Source: Somniosus microcephalus
Taxonomy: Eukaryota
Assembly: GCA_052327205.1 (NCBI GenBank)
Contig: CM126206.1
Span: 92,876,001-92,940,000, forward strand
DNA length: 64,000 nt
Direction of reading: 5' to 3'
The notes beneath the pieces are model-generated. The model saw nothing but the letters and a program-made list of their open reading frames with translations. It was not told the DNA's origin and did no database searches. Numbering within the stretch: the first letter of the stretch is position 1; the number at the start of each line of letters is the position of its first letter. Of the stretch, positions 1-12,197 are shown one piece after another. The translations under genes and the position numbers were made by a program.

Positions 1-993
1 AACAGTGGTTCGCCATGTGCTGGCCATCCCTTCACCATTAAATCATAGACCCTGGAGAGTGTCGGGTCATTTCGTGTTTCCTTTTCTATGTTTGCATTCG
101 TCACAGGTAGACATTCGACTATGGTCGAGTGGAATATCTCCACAGGATCCACTGCAGGTGCTTCTTCCACTGTCGGCAATGGTAGGCGCGACAATCCATC
201 AGCATTCCCATGCTGTTTAGTTCCTTTGTACTCAATGTCATATTGGTGTGCCCCTAGGAAAAGGGACCACCTCTGTAGCCGTTGTGCTGTCATTATCGGG
301 ACGCCCTTCTTAGGGTTGAAAATGGAGACAAGAGGTTGATGATCAGTTAGTAGAATTAAATTTCTGTCCGTGCAGGTAGTGATTGAACTTCTTCACCCCC
401 CACACCAGGCTGAGGGCCTCTCTGTCAATCTGGGCATAGTTACGCTCAGCTGCAGTTAGCGAGCGTGACGCAAGAGCTATCGGCCTCTCTGAACCATCAA
501 GGGATTTATGTGACAGTACCGCTCCAACGCCGTAGGGAGACGCATCACACGTCAGTCTTATCGGTAGTGATGGGTTGTAGTGAGCCAATACTTCTCTTGA
601 AGTGATCAGGCCTTTACACTTCTGAAAGGCCCGCTTACATTCATCGCTCCATTTCCATGCTACTCCAGTTTGTAGCAGGGCATTCAGTGGGTGCAGAATT
701 GTGGACAAATTCGGCAAAAACTTATGGTAGTAATTCACCAATCCGAGGAATGACCTCAGTTGCGACACATTTTCAGGCGCTGGAGCCTTAACTACCGCTT
801 CAATTTTGTCAGGGGACTTATGTAACCCCTCTTCATCAATCACGTGGCCACAATACGATATTTGTTTCTTAAAAAACTCGCACTTGGGGCGATTGGCTCG
901 TAGCCCATGTTCTCTTAGTCTAGTAAGCACCTGCTCTAGGTTGGCAAGGTGTTCACTGTCATTTTCACCTGTCACTAGGATGTCGTCCAAGTA
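1..993 (-). pseudogene. RT (YLDD onward) and RNase H of the Gypsy pol, with further frameshifts
   Basis: YLDDILVTG...CDASPYGVGAVL...YAQIDREAL. After frameshifts near 355 and 307 it continues TDHQPL...RLQRWSLFL...NADGLSRLP. Confidence 0.92.
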
Positions 994-2764
994 ACTGAGT
1001 CCCCGGAATCCCTTGCAGGACTTGTTCCATCGCTCTTTGCCATATAGCCGGAGCTGATGCTATTCCGAATACCAGTCGATTATACTGGTAAAGACCTTTG
1101 TGAGTGTTTATCGTGAGATATTTCCTAGAGGATTCTTCAACCTCCATCTGCAAATATGCTTGCGCTAGGTCAATTTTTGTAAAACGTTTCCCTCCAGATA
1201 GTGAGGCAAAAATATCTTCTATCCTCGGAAGAGGATACTGTACTGTGTGAAGGACTGGGTTCACAGTCACCTTGAAGTCCCCACAGATGCAAACCTTCCT
1301 TGGCTCCTCAGACTTATTGTTTAACGTTTTCTTCATGACAGGAACGGTGGGTGTCACCCACTCGCTCCAGTCTACCTTAGATAACACGCCTGCATTCTCC
1401 AGCTCTGCCTCGACGGCTGGGCGAATTGCATACGGTACCGGTCTTGCTTTGAAAAACTTGGGAATTGCATTATCTTCTATTTTTATCGTGGCGGTTACGC
1501 CTTTAAGAGTTCCCAGTCCTTGTTGAAATACCTCTTTAGCGTTAGCTAAGATTTTTGACAATCGTCCAGGTGTGATGTCATCATCCTTTTTACCAGTCAC
1601 AGTCAGTGCCTGAACGGAGTGCCAGTCTAAACTTATCTTTCTGATCCATTCACGTCCCAATAACGGTGGTCCACCAGCTTGCAGTATGTACAGATACAAT
1701 TTCTGTATTTCCTTGCCGTTGTATTCGACAGGCACCCTTATTTTCCCTCTGGGGTATACTTTCTGCCCCGTATATGTCTTCAAGACAATGGATGTGTCTT
1801 TCAAGGGTATGTGTGAGAATAGCCGCTCGTAGTCTCGTCGATTCATGACGGTCAGGGCTGATCCTGTATCCAATTCCATTTTGACTTGGGACCCTGCTAT
1901 CGTGAGGGTGACCCAAATGGTTCGGTGATCCTCTTTTGCGATTACGTTGTGTAGTTTGAGACAGCTTAGTCTCTTGTTCCCGGATTCACTATCGCTCTTC
2001 TGGTCTTCGGAACTACTGTCCGTCATCTTTTGTACTTTCCTGTACTTTTCCTTAATAGTCTTTTTGTTGTCGTTAGTCTTCTTCCCGGACCTGCCAACTC
2101 GTGCAATGTGTCCCATCTTTCCGCATTGCCTGCATGTTTTGTCCTTGAACCAGCAGTCCTTCTGGTCATGGGTTGTTCTGCTGCAGCGATAACATTTTTC
2201 AAATCCCCTTATCATTTCATGGGTGCCATATTCCTGTGGCTTTTGCTGTATTTCCACAGCTCCCCTTGCTGCTGCTTCGTACGATACTGCCACGCTGAAA
2301 GCCTTATCTAGCGTCAGCTCTTCCTCCGAGAGTAACCTCTTCCGGGTTCCTTCACTCAGGAGTCCACAGACAAATTTGTCCCGTAGGGTATCTGCCAGTC
2401 CTGCTCCGAACTGGCAGTGCTTTGATAGCTTGCGTAGTTCCGTAAGGTAATCAGCATTGCTCTCATCTTTATGCTGATTTCTCTTGTGGAATTTAAATCT
2501 TTCTGATATCAGCAGCGGTGTAGGATTTAGGTGTTCCTGTAGGATATCAACAATTTCGTTAAAACTCTTTGCCATCGGTTTGACTGGAGTGATCAGGTTC
2601 CGCAATAGGCCGTACGTTCTTGCGCCCATTAAGTTTAGTAGTACCGATGCCTTTTTCTCATCGGCTACTTCATTTGCCTTGCAATATACTTCGACTCTTT
2701 CCACATATGGGGTCCAGTCTTCTATTTCATTATCGAAGGCAGTGATATTGCCAGTCTTCGGCAT
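965..2764 (-). pseudogene. gag-protease-RT (N-terminal part) of the Gypsy element
   Basis: 599-aa ORF with Gag motifs (ERFKFHKRNQ, LRDKFVCGL), zinc knuckle CYRCSRTTHDQKDC, a second knuckle whose last Cys is lost (CRQCGKMGHIARVG), aspartic protease DTGS and RT motifs (KIDLAQAYLQ, FGIASAPAIWQ). The frame breaks just before YLDD at about 994. Confidence 0.93.
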
Positions 2765-2775
2765 CTTGGAGATCT

Positions 2776-2894
2776 AAGATGGCGCCTCCCGCGCTTTGCC
2801 TTCTTCCCCGATTGAACAAAATGGCGCCTCCCGCACTTTGCCTTCTTCCCCGCTGGATTAAGATGGCGCCTCCCGCGCTTTCTGTCTTTTCCGC
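2776..2894. repeat. Three ~42-bp tandem repeats in the Gypsy leader, directly upstream of the gag ATG
   Basis: AA(G/A)ATGGCGCCTCCCGC(G/A)CTTT... repeated at about 2776, 2818 and 2860. Confidence 0.85.
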
Positions 2895-3521
2895 TGCTGC
2901 CAGCGCTGTTGCTGGCGTTTTTATGCCTTGATGGCGACGCCCTATGGTCTTCGCGCGCTTCCCCCCGCGCTGCTGCCAACGCCGCTCTCCACGGTCCCCG
3001 TGGCAAACTACAGCTCCTCGCGGCTTTCTGCGCTTCTAACTTCTTTTTCCTTTATTTTAATTACTGTTCCCGTCGTCAGAGCAGACCCTATGGGACACTT
3101 TCCTCCCTCTTCTCGGGTCTGTACGCTGCCCGGCTTCGTAGCACCGGCCGCGCCCTGTGTGCTCCACCCTCTCTCTCTCTCTCCTCTTTCCCGACAACGC
3201 TGCTCGGCCCCGTTGAAAAGCCACCTGATCGAGCTCTAGCCCACCGCAGCCCAGGAAGGATCAGTGTACTACCTGCCACCAGCCCGACTAGCTGGAACAC
3301 CATAGACTGGAGAACCAAGCCCAGCTTTCGACAGCCTCTCCTGCAAATCTTCGCATTCGATGAATCAGAGGGTGGTTGCCCACGGTCGACGCCCGTTTCC
3401 TCTGTCTTTTTTTTCTTTTTCCTTTCTTTTTGGATTTCTTCCTTCTGGCTTCGACCTCCAATAACTTCGCTTCAGGGATGGATCCCCGTGAGGTGGTGCA
3501 GAACTGTAGGTAAGTTCGGAT

Positions 3522-3534
3522 CTGTTCGTCACCA
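3522..3534 (-). promoter_or_regulatory. Primer-binding site (TGGTGACGAACAG)
   Basis: It begins TGG (complement of tRNA CCA) immediately 3' of the LTR CA end. The cognate tRNA was not identified. Confidence 0.75.
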
Positions 3535-3535
3535 A

Positions 3536-3797
3536 TGTAATGTCCGTGTGTAATTGAGACACGGACTGCAGAAGTTGGTTATAACAAGTGTTTACTGAAT
3601 GGAGACAAAACTGGAACTGCAAGACAAAGTTACTACACAGACTTATATACAGGGGTGGTCACTATTGGTACTGCAGTATACAGGGGCTGCAGAATATAGT
3701 TCCTTCTTCAAGGTACATACACTACATATACCACAACCAGAGCAAAGTTTGTGATGGATTCCCATGTTGTTATTGTCTAAGTGGTCACTACATAACA
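3536..3797 (-). repeat. 5' LTR of the Gypsy element (262 bp)
   Basis: The minus strand starts TGTTATGT and ends ACATTACA (TG...CA with imperfect terminal inverted repeats). It has a TATA-like TATATAAG near 3642-3649 and an AGTAAA polyA-like signal near 3591-3596, and is followed 1 nt later by the TGG of the PBS. The partner LTR is not in the window. Confidence 0.8.
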
Positions 3798-5203
3798 TTG
3801 AGCTTCTCAAGATAACATCAGGTTCCAGAATCTCTTAAAACAGTGGCCATTGGTTTTTGGCTTTTCCTTTGTCTAAATCAATTCATTACCACATGGTTAA
3901 CTCAGAACAATAATTCCTGCTCGGTTGTTCAAAATGTTCTGTTTACCATGGTATTAATACACGGCAATTTGTTTTTCACCATGCACTTTGTCTGATTGTC
4001 TTAAACAGTAATTGTTACAATAATCGTAAGTCATTACTCCTAGATTCAGCATTACTAAGGAAATGACATACCTCACAACAAATTTTCACTAGTCCCAATC
4101 TGTGCTTTTATTAGTTAACTTTGTCCTTTGAATCTTTAAAATATGCACACCTCCAAAAATCAATTGTAGCAGCCAAATTAAAGATTCAGACTAATAGTGC
4201 ACAGAGACACGACCCGTAATTCATGCCATGCTCAAATTAAACAGCATAACCTGCTATATTTTTATGTAAGAGAAACACATCAAACCTGCACAACGTCCTC
4301 CTTGTGCTCTCAGTCTTATCAAAAATGTATTATGCAAACATTCTGCTGAAGCTACATGACAACTGCATTGTGTTACTAAGATTCCACATTTACTTACTGG
4401 TCTTGAGAAAATGACTCGGACTTCAATTAAATTGTTACAAAAATTTCAGAGGACGTTGATACTTCAAGAGAAGGGTGGAGCACTTCTAACCTTTGAACGG
4501 AGAGAAATGCTAGAACTCTATAAATATTGCAACTTAACGTAATATGCAAGAATTAGGAAATATGTGGGGGAGAGGGGAGAAATTTGACTTGGCCTATTCC
4601 AGCCTGAGGGCCTATCTAAATTCAGCTTTGGGCTTCAGTTAGATGGCGGTAGTGGTGGACAGGAATTTGGCCAATTACCTTGTGGAGCTGGCCGGCAGGC
4701 TGGGTCTGGGGTTGGGGGAGAAAGTGATTCTGGCGGTGGGGGGGGGGCGGAGTAGATCCTCACATGCACCAGCAGCAGGCCAGAGTTTTTTGTTGGCCCA
4801 CGAGCAACACCCCACCTGCTTCTCCTGGGCCCACAAAAATAAAAACTGAACATTTTTTGGGCCTTTTTTTTTTTTTGGAGTGGCCTACAGCTGTGCCTTT
4901 AAGGACCACTGGTTAGGCCGCTCAAGACCAGATTCAACTAAGCAGAATATGCACATCCCAAGCTCCAAAATTTGGAGGCCTAACGCCCATTTTATGGGTT
5001 ACGATAAAAAACCATTGTTTTAAATTTAAAGATGTCACTCCTCTCAATTGTTAGAGATTGGATGTGGGGGGGCTTAACTCTTTAAATACCTTTGCCTCTC
5101 CCTCCCTGTGAAAAATTAGTGATGGCAAAAACACAATAGGCAAATCAAAATTTGCAGGAAGAGTACAATATTTACACCATGAGGCACAAGATCAATTGCA
5201 ATA

Positions 5204-5706
5204 CAGGTAGACTACCCTTTATCCGGACTTCCGAAAACCGAAACCCTCTAAAAACCGAAGGTTTTTTCGTTCAGCGTAAGTCGTGCGTACGAACGAAAAA
5301 ACCTTCGGTTTTTAGAGGGTTCCAGTTTTGGAAGTTCGGATAAAGGGTAAGTCGTGCGCACGACCCCCCGCCGGCCCCGACAACCGCCGACCCCGCCAGC
5401 CCCGACAACCGCCGACCCCCCCACGGACCCCGCCGGCCCCGACAACCGCCGGCCCCGACAACCGCGGACCCCCCCGGCCCCGACCCCCCCGCGGACCCCG
5501 CCGGCCCCGACAACCGCCGACCCCCCCCGCCGGCCCCGACAACCGCCGACCGCCCCCCCCCCCCGCCGGCCCCGACCCCCTTACGCTGAGCGTCAGCGTA
5601 AGTCGTGCGCACGACCCCCCGCCGACCCACCTTCCGAAATCCGAAATTCTCCTTTATCCGAAACTCGGCTGGTCCCGAGGTTTTCGGATAAAGGATAGTC
5701 TACCTG
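5204..5706. mobile_element. Non-autonomous Tc1/mariner-pogo-type MITE, copy 1
   Basis: TIRs CAGGTAGACTACCCTTTATCCG / CGGATAAAGGATAGTCTACCTG (1 mismatch in 22), TA duplicated at 5202-5203 and 5707-5708, an internal hairpin and GC-rich CCCCGACAACCGCC repeats. Confidence 0.9.
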
Positions 5707-7519
5707 TATTGCTATTCGCATCAAATGCTAATAGATATTAAACTAGATGTTATGTTCACTAATTAAATTCTGCAGTAACGTTGTATCCGAGGAGTACCCT
5801 TTTTACTCAGCCATCCAAGTCAACAAATCATACGACACAACTTGCTTCTGTTGTTTTATCTATTTCTTATTTTTTGCCAGGAGTCTTTATCCCCTTCATC
5901 TTAAACTGACCATTTTACTTCTGTCTCCTAGGTTTTGTTGATTAATGTTTTTGTTCTCCTTTCTGATTCTTGTCCTTCAGGATCACTCTATTTGCTGAAT
6001 TTCATGCTCTACCACTTGTCTTTTCTCTTCTATTTCAATGCCAATTCTCATCAGCACAGCATACGGAACACTGGGTTTATAGGACCGGAACGTCATAGGA
6101 ACGTACATACCCAACAAGACCACTGCTGTCCATCTGGCTGCTCCCGAAGTTCAGAAAATACTGTACTATACTTATTTCTTATACCTCTCAATTGCATCTT
6201 TTGCCAAAAAAGTATTTAGCCCTTCTTAAATTTGCTGACTCTATCTGTCCTCACTGTCTTCTTGGGCTCCCTCTGTGTAAGTTAGTTAAACCTAAACTGT
6301 CTGTTCATCTTCTCTCTTCTGACCTCAGGTCCGTGGCCCAAGTTACAGTTTGTGTTTGTTTCAAGCAATTTAGTAGGATTTGGTTGATCTACACCCCTTG
6401 AAAGCGTCGATACAGTCTCCTATGAGCCTACTTTTCTCCAGTGTAAACAGTCCTACTAATAGTCGCTCCTTGTAGCAATGCTCCAATCTTAGCAACCTTC
6501 CAATTCTTCACAGATTAGTGGACACTTCAATCAAAAGTTATACGTCAAAAATAAGCTGGGGATATTAGGCTAAGCACTGTAATCTTTAACAGAGAACTAG
6601 CTACTTCTCCCCACTGCTTAGTAAATTTGTTGATGTGAACAATGGAGATTCCACAATACCAACACTGGGATCAATATGCTGTGAATTATCGTAAGCTCCT
6701 AAACACTTTTGTGAAAAACAGCGCATTGCTTAAAAAAGTATCTCTTGTACAAATTTGATTTCTGATCATAATGTCTTCAAATAAAGGTTAGCTATGGAAA
6801 AAAATCTTTTCACATGTCTTAGATGAAGAAAACCAAGATTAAGTGGATAACCTGCTGCTCAGAGAAGCTCTCTGTGCACATCAAAAGAACCGAGTACGAA
6901 TTCCACTAAACCTCAACAACCACAGAAAAAATCCAAAGGTGTAAGATGCAAAATTCAAGAGCTATTAGCCGAATCAAAGGGTAGGACAGCAATTAAAAAA
7001 TCAAATTGCTACATTCACTATATTATCAGGTGAAGCGATTATTACGAAGAAATCTCAGATAAAATATCCATAATTTTTGAAACCCCCGTGACAGAATTAT
7101 AATAATTAACCCATTCAATACTATATAAAATCTGTGCTTTGAACAATACAAACAATTGACACAAAAACTGTGGGCCTCTCTCAGACTCAAGAGTCGAAAC
7201 CTGCCACTCTCACATTTCTCTGACACTTTAACTTAACATATTAATCAGATTACCTCTGTACCAATGAGATAACAAGCTTTCCCTGAATTTTATGCCTTGT
7301 AAATAGATGGCCTGGGGCACATTTTTAGATCACGAAAAGGTTGTGGAATTTTACAGTCACAGCCAGTTTGCTTATTTGCTATTTGAAATATGTCACTAGA
7401 ATTCTTCAGTGATTTTGCACGGTAATTTTCTTCCTCAGTTAGAATCTACATATTACACGACCCAACTGACAATCGAAATGTAATAGAGAGAACACTTAAA
7501 CCTCAGTCAGACTATTCAC

Positions 7520-7670
7520 CTCTTCGTCCTTCAAATACATCATTAATTTCTTTCAATAGGATGGACATATCGTTCAGTTGTGACTCCCAGGCTTCACAAA
7601 AGACATCTAGGTTTTCTTTGGCAATCTTACTAGAAGGGTGAAGAGCCAAGGTCTGTGCAGCAGAAATGAT
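7520..7670 (-). CDS. CTNNAL1: alpha-catulin exon (last found in window): IISAAQTLALHPSSKIAKENLDVFCEAWESQLNDMSILLKEINDVFEGRR+G
   Basis: 151 nt, TCTCAG acceptor, GTGAAT donor, phase 0 to 1. The peptide matches vertebrate CTNNAL1 as recalled. Confidence 0.95.
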
Positions 7671-8410
7671 CTGAGAACAAAACAGAATAATTCATTTGAC
7701 AGTATAAAGAAAGTCTATTGTGCACTAGGTGTTATTAAAGATGTGGAGGTAGTAGACCTTGGGGACCGCGTGAGTCAAATTCTTTTTTGCATTTAGACAC
7801 ACTAAATAAAAAGTGTTTAGATCTGAAGTTCAGTTGCGACCTAAATTCAGTGGACTCGTTGATATAGAACAGTTATAAAAGATTTTCTTGTTGCTAGGTG
7901 TAAAAATTAAAGTAAAAGCTGGCACAGAGCATAAGAGCTCCACAATCTAGCACCAGGGAGCAGTTCAATGATGTTTGACAACAGCCGCCTATCCCTCCAC
8001 TGAGTTAATAATTGCAGTCCCACTGCTATGAGGAGATGTTGAGCAAAATTCAGCCACTTCCTCATTAGAGTGAGGGAAATTTAGTCAGTCTCATCACCAG
8101 TCTTCTCTCACACACCTTCTAGTCACTTACGCAGAAGCAACGTAACCAAAAGCTGGAAATAAGTTGTCTATCCACCTGCCCTGCCTGTCGCAGCTGATGA
8201 ATAGTACGTGGTGACTGGAAAAAGGGGAGGGAGAAAATATCTTTTAAAATAAAGGGGTAAATTACAAGCAAAAATAAATTCTTGATTGATCTAAACTGAA
8301 GTAAACCCATGTCCTTGAATAAAGCTTCATGCACATCACTAGATTTTTTTTTTTTTTTTAATGATAATTAATCATTGTGGGAAAATTATAAACAGTAAAA
8401 ACTTGCATAC

Positions 8411-8503
8411 CTGTGGACCAATAACCTGAAATGTTTCTTCTGCATGTAAACAAGTAATCTCTAAGGGTTCAGTTCCTGACACATGCCGCAGTAATCGAGA
8501 AGT
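8411..8503 (-). CDS. CTNNAL1: alpha-catulin exon: TSRLLRHVSGTEPLEITCLHAEETFQVIGPQ
   Basis: 93 nt, acceptor preceded by a C12 tract, GTATGC donor, phase 0/0. Confidence 0.95.
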
Positions 8504-8729
8504 CTGGGGGGGGGGGGAAACACAATGTCACAGGAATTCACATCTAGATATCTTTACAAGTGTCACAAAACACAATTCAAATCTCAGTGGACTACAGCTG
8601 AGACAACCTGTAAATCTTTTCTACTAGCTTACATTTTGCTAGGTTCTATTATTTATTAAGAACAATTGTCAACCACCTTTCACATTAACTTTGGGACTCT
8701 TTCCACACAACGTATATGTTGCGAATCTA

Positions 8730-9270
8730 ATGCAGGTGAGGTAGTGTTGTGGTTACATGACTGGACTGACAACCCAGAAGTTATCATTTCAAATCCCACA
8801 ATGGCAAGTTGTGAAACTGCATTTAATAAATGTTACAAAAGCAAAATACTGCGGATGCTGGAAATCTGAAATAAAAACAGAAAATGCTGGAAATACTCAG
8901 CAGGTCAGGCAGCATCTGTGGAGAGAGAAAAACAGAGTTAACATTTCAGGTCGCTGACCCTTCGCCAGTTAACTCTGTTTCTTTCTCCACAGATGCTGCC
9001 TGACCTGCTTTAATAAATGTTGTAATTTGTGGGCTAGCACCAGAAAAAATGACCGTGGTTGTAAAAACCCATTTGGTTCACGAATGTCTTTTACTAAAGG
9101 AAACCCGCGACCCCGACCCAGTCTAATCTGCACTATGTGGTTTACTCTTAGTGCCCTCTGAAGTGGCCTAGCAAGCCGCTCGGTTATGCGAACAATTGCT
9201 ACAAAGTATAACCGAGTATTAAATGCGTCCTTGACACTGATGCCCACATCCTGAACACAATTTTTTTTTT
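8730..9270 (+). mobile_element. tRNA-derived SINE, interrupted by a Penelope-like insert
   Basis: Degenerate B-box (TTCAAATCCCAC), core GTAAAAACCCATTTGGTTCAC...GCCCTCTGAAGTGGCCTAGCAAGCC and tail GATGCCCACATCC. Same family as 33600-34055 and 59040-59435. Confidence 0.7.
8835..9008 (-). mobile_element. Penelope-like element pseudo-LTR fragment with inverted arm and mutated hammerhead core
   Basis: 13-bp TSD TTTAATAAATGTT (8822-8834 and 9009-9021). Inverted arms at about 8899-8942 and 8968-9008. Same sequence as 25540-25630. Confidence 0.8.
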
Positions 9271-9599
9271 TAAAGAAACATGTTCAGCAGCACTGCTTCT
9301 GGGTATCTGCTAGTTTGAATTTGGGGAATTACATCAGAGAAACCCATGTGAAATTGAGGAATGTCTCTGATGTTCAAGAAGTGTAATGTTGCTTTCACCA
9401 ACTGCAACGAATCTCCTCGTTCTTCCCCTCACGTAGTGCTTGTAACTTCTCTCTCCCTCACCTGATCTATATCTCAGTCACTCTTCCACCCTGATCTGCC
9501 TGGTATAAAATGTAAAAGTCAATTACACAGCACTTGGCAAAATGACTGGAGCCAGCTAAAGTAATTTACATGCACGCCCTAAGGAAATTCCACAAGTGC

Positions 9600-10730
9600 A
9601 GAGAGTGCTATAACTGCAGGTGGGCGGGAAACAGGGAGAGCACCAGCTCTTACAGGACTTGAATTGTGTGATCGCTGCCGAGACCATGGAGTCTTGCCAA
9701 GGGATGAGTGCTGGAACTGGTACTTTGATGAGTTGACATTGGTAGAAGAGATAAGGCAGAGGAGGGTATGTGCAGAGGAGAGATCAAATGTGCAGCATGC
9801 TTGGCAGGACGTGACAGAATGAATACTGTCTCCCACATCCATGGTCATGGGAACTTATGAAAAAGATATTCTACGGACCAAAGAGTGCCAAGGTAAGGTT
9901 GCCTGTAGTTTGATAACTCAAATGTAATCTATGCCCATAGTATGCATGGCACAAGCACTACGCCCTCATCAAGGTGCAGTGTCAGCAACAGAACATGGAA
10001 AGCACCAGCACAACCATTCACATGTTACACAACAATTTACACATGCTTTTCTTGTACTTTGAATGTTGTACCATCAAGTCAATATGCCACCTTTAACTAT
10101 GTGTATACTGTGTAGTCACCCATGCACACAGAAGGGAATGTACACAGGGCACACAATGGGGGGGTGCACCTCATGTTACATGCCAATGCCGAAAGCATGT
10201 TTTGTGTGTTTTTGAAGAGCAGACTGCCCATAACCACAGAGAGAGTACCTCGTGCCACCTCTGCCAACCTACCTTGTCTCACCTGCCACGAAGAGGCAGC
10301 TTTGAAAATCGTGGGGGTGGAGGCCATACTGGGTGTGGGCGAGGAAGAGCTTAATGTTTCGCGGCAGTCCAACAAGCCAAATGTTCTCTTCAGCAACTTC
10401 TTGGTAGCCAGTCAAGCTCACTCAGTAACACACAGGCACATCTGCCCATCAAGAACATGGCATTATATTGGCCTTGCTACTGTGTGCACAGCCATTTGCC
10501 ACATGCCCAAGTTATATGCCTGGGTCTGACTACTTGGGTGCTGGGCTAAATCCAAGTGGGTGCCAGACATCTAATGTGCAAGCACACGCACCTTTCTTTA
10601 TGCTGTCTGAACTCCTAATCCTCCTCCAAATCTATACCAGCCATTGCAAGGTCCAATGGAACACCCATACTGAGCACTGTGGTCATGGCTGAAGGAGCAG
10701 CTCCTCTCAGCAGCAGTGCTATGGGAAAAT
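9600..10730 (-). mobile_element. Possible heavily decayed, internally deleted Harbinger remnant
   Basis: Minus-strand fragments MGVPLDLAMAGIDLEED* and LLKRTFGLLDC resemble the N-terminus and the [10 protein letters not shown] motif of the transposase at 63009+. The match is weak. Confidence 0.3.
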
Positions 10731-11552
10731 GTCTCTGCAGAAGGTGTCTAGTGTTACCAAAAGGCAACAGCAGCCAAAAGCACAATAACCAAGATAATGC
10801 ATAGACTGCAATTTAAAAAGACCCCCCCCAAAAAATTCATGCTTGCTTTATCCCAAACTGTCAATCACACCTTTAAGAATTTAAGTTCTCAAGGCAAGAT
10901 CACAGAAGTACCCACAGAAGTAGCACGACTAGAGAGAGGAGACCTGAACCATTGCGAATTAATTGTGGGACTTACTTAAATAAGAATGACTGAAAATAGA
11001 GGGATAATGAAGCCTGACTCCAAAAATATCAATGTTTGTGCTTGCGGAATCTGATGCCTAGTTAATCATGTTCTTGGACCTCCTTGCACGATTCCACAAT
11101 GTGTGCATGTAGTATGTGTAGGCCCACTGTTTTAGCTCTGAGGCTTTGGAACTGATGTTTTATTTTCTGTGCATTGAATGAATGGTAAGATATATTAAAT
11201 GTGAATACATTTTTAAATTTTAAGTATCAGTGCATGGGTGTGTGGGTTTAATGTACATGCCCCCCTTTGTGCCATGAACCTATGCTTTGTTTGTTGATGT
11301 ACTCTACTATTACGTAGTCCCCTAGTTGAAGAAATGTCGCATTTCGGGATTTTTTATCTTTTTTTCTTCACAGAAAGGATTTTGGGACAGATAGGTTTAA
11401 CTTCCTCATTTTTATTTTCTGCCTGTCCCTCCTCTTTGTTCTGAGAACAGCTGTCTGAGTGAAACATTAATTTGGTTTCTCTCCGCTGATTCTGACTTGA
11501 CCTGTGTAGTTCCAACATTTTTGCTTTTTGTCTCCTGTTACTTTGTCACTTG

Positions 11553-12197
11553 TAAGAACACAAGAACATAAGAAATATGAGCAGCAGTAGGCCATACGGC
11601 CCCTGGAGCCTGCTCTGGAATTCATGAGTGAATACATTTCTCATCAGTCCTAAGTGGCCGACCCCTTATCCTGAAACTATAACCTTTAGTTCTAGACTCT
11701 CCAGCCAGGGGAAACAACCTCTCAGCATCTACCCTGTCAAGCCCTCAAAGAATTTTATATGTTTCAATGAGATCACCTCTCATTCTTCTAAACTCCAGAG
11801 AGTATAGGCCCATTCTACTTAATCTCTCCTCATAGGACAACCCTCTCATCCCAGGAATCAAACTAATGAACCTTTGTTGCACCGCCTCTAAGGCAAGTAC
11901 ATCTTCCTTAGGTAAGGAGACCAAAGCTGAACACAGTACTCCAGGTGTGGTCTCACCAAAGCCTTATATAATTGCAGCAAGTCTTCCTTACTCTTATACT
12001 TCAAACCCCTTGCAATAAAGACTAACACACCATTTGCTTTCCTAATTGCTGTACCTGCATGTTAACTTTGTGCTTTGTGTGCTTTGTGTACAAGGACACC
12101 CAAATCCCTCTGCATCCCAACATTTACTAGTTTCGCACCTTTTAAGAAATATTCTGCTTTTCTATTCTTCCTACCGGAGTGGATAATTTCACATTTC
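11553..12197 (-). mobile_element. CR1 LINE 3' fragment with internal deletion
   Basis: Reverse complement of the (TTCTTATG)n tail and 3' stem-loop, plus the LVRPHLEYCVQ-type region. Confidence 0.85.

Larger units (their letters stand above)
1..3797 (-). mobile_element. Gypsy/Ty3 LTR retrotransposon (Mag-like), 5' part; integrase and 3' LTR lie left of the window
   Basis: On the minus strand the order is LTR (3536-3797), PBS, ~770-nt leader, gag, protease (ELDTGS), RT, RNase H. It has the same orientation as the host gene. Confidence 0.95.

Noticed and set aside
985-1000. Programmed ribosomal frameshift in Gypsy pol
   Set aside because: The break falls inside the RT catalytic motif region with no slippery heptamer, and further frameshifts follow in RNase H. 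This is decay.
2722-3553. ORFs in the Gypsy leader (214 aa antisense; 94 aa basic sense)
   Set aside because: Low-complexity, GC-rich leader with no recognisable domain. An in-frame TAG precedes the gag ATG, so gag is not extended.
4398-4420. Candidate short next CTNNAL1 exon (good GTAAGT donor, phase-compatible)
   Set aside because: Poor acceptor, and the peptide (RVIFSRP) does not resemble the expected YLSLPKP-type sequence. The next exon probably lies left of the window.
4560-4990. GC-richer islands (also 22025-22272 and 42440-42745) that look like decayed MITEs
   Set aside because: No paired TIRs or TSDs could be established, so they were not called.
5248-5741. Gly/Arg/Pro-rich ORFs on both strands
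   Set aside because: They are artefacts of the stop-poor GC minisatellite inside a TIR-bounded MITE.
7254-7282. Second candidate micro-exon (GKACYLIGTE)
   Set aside because: No polypyrimidine tract and unconvincing similarity to CTNNAL1.
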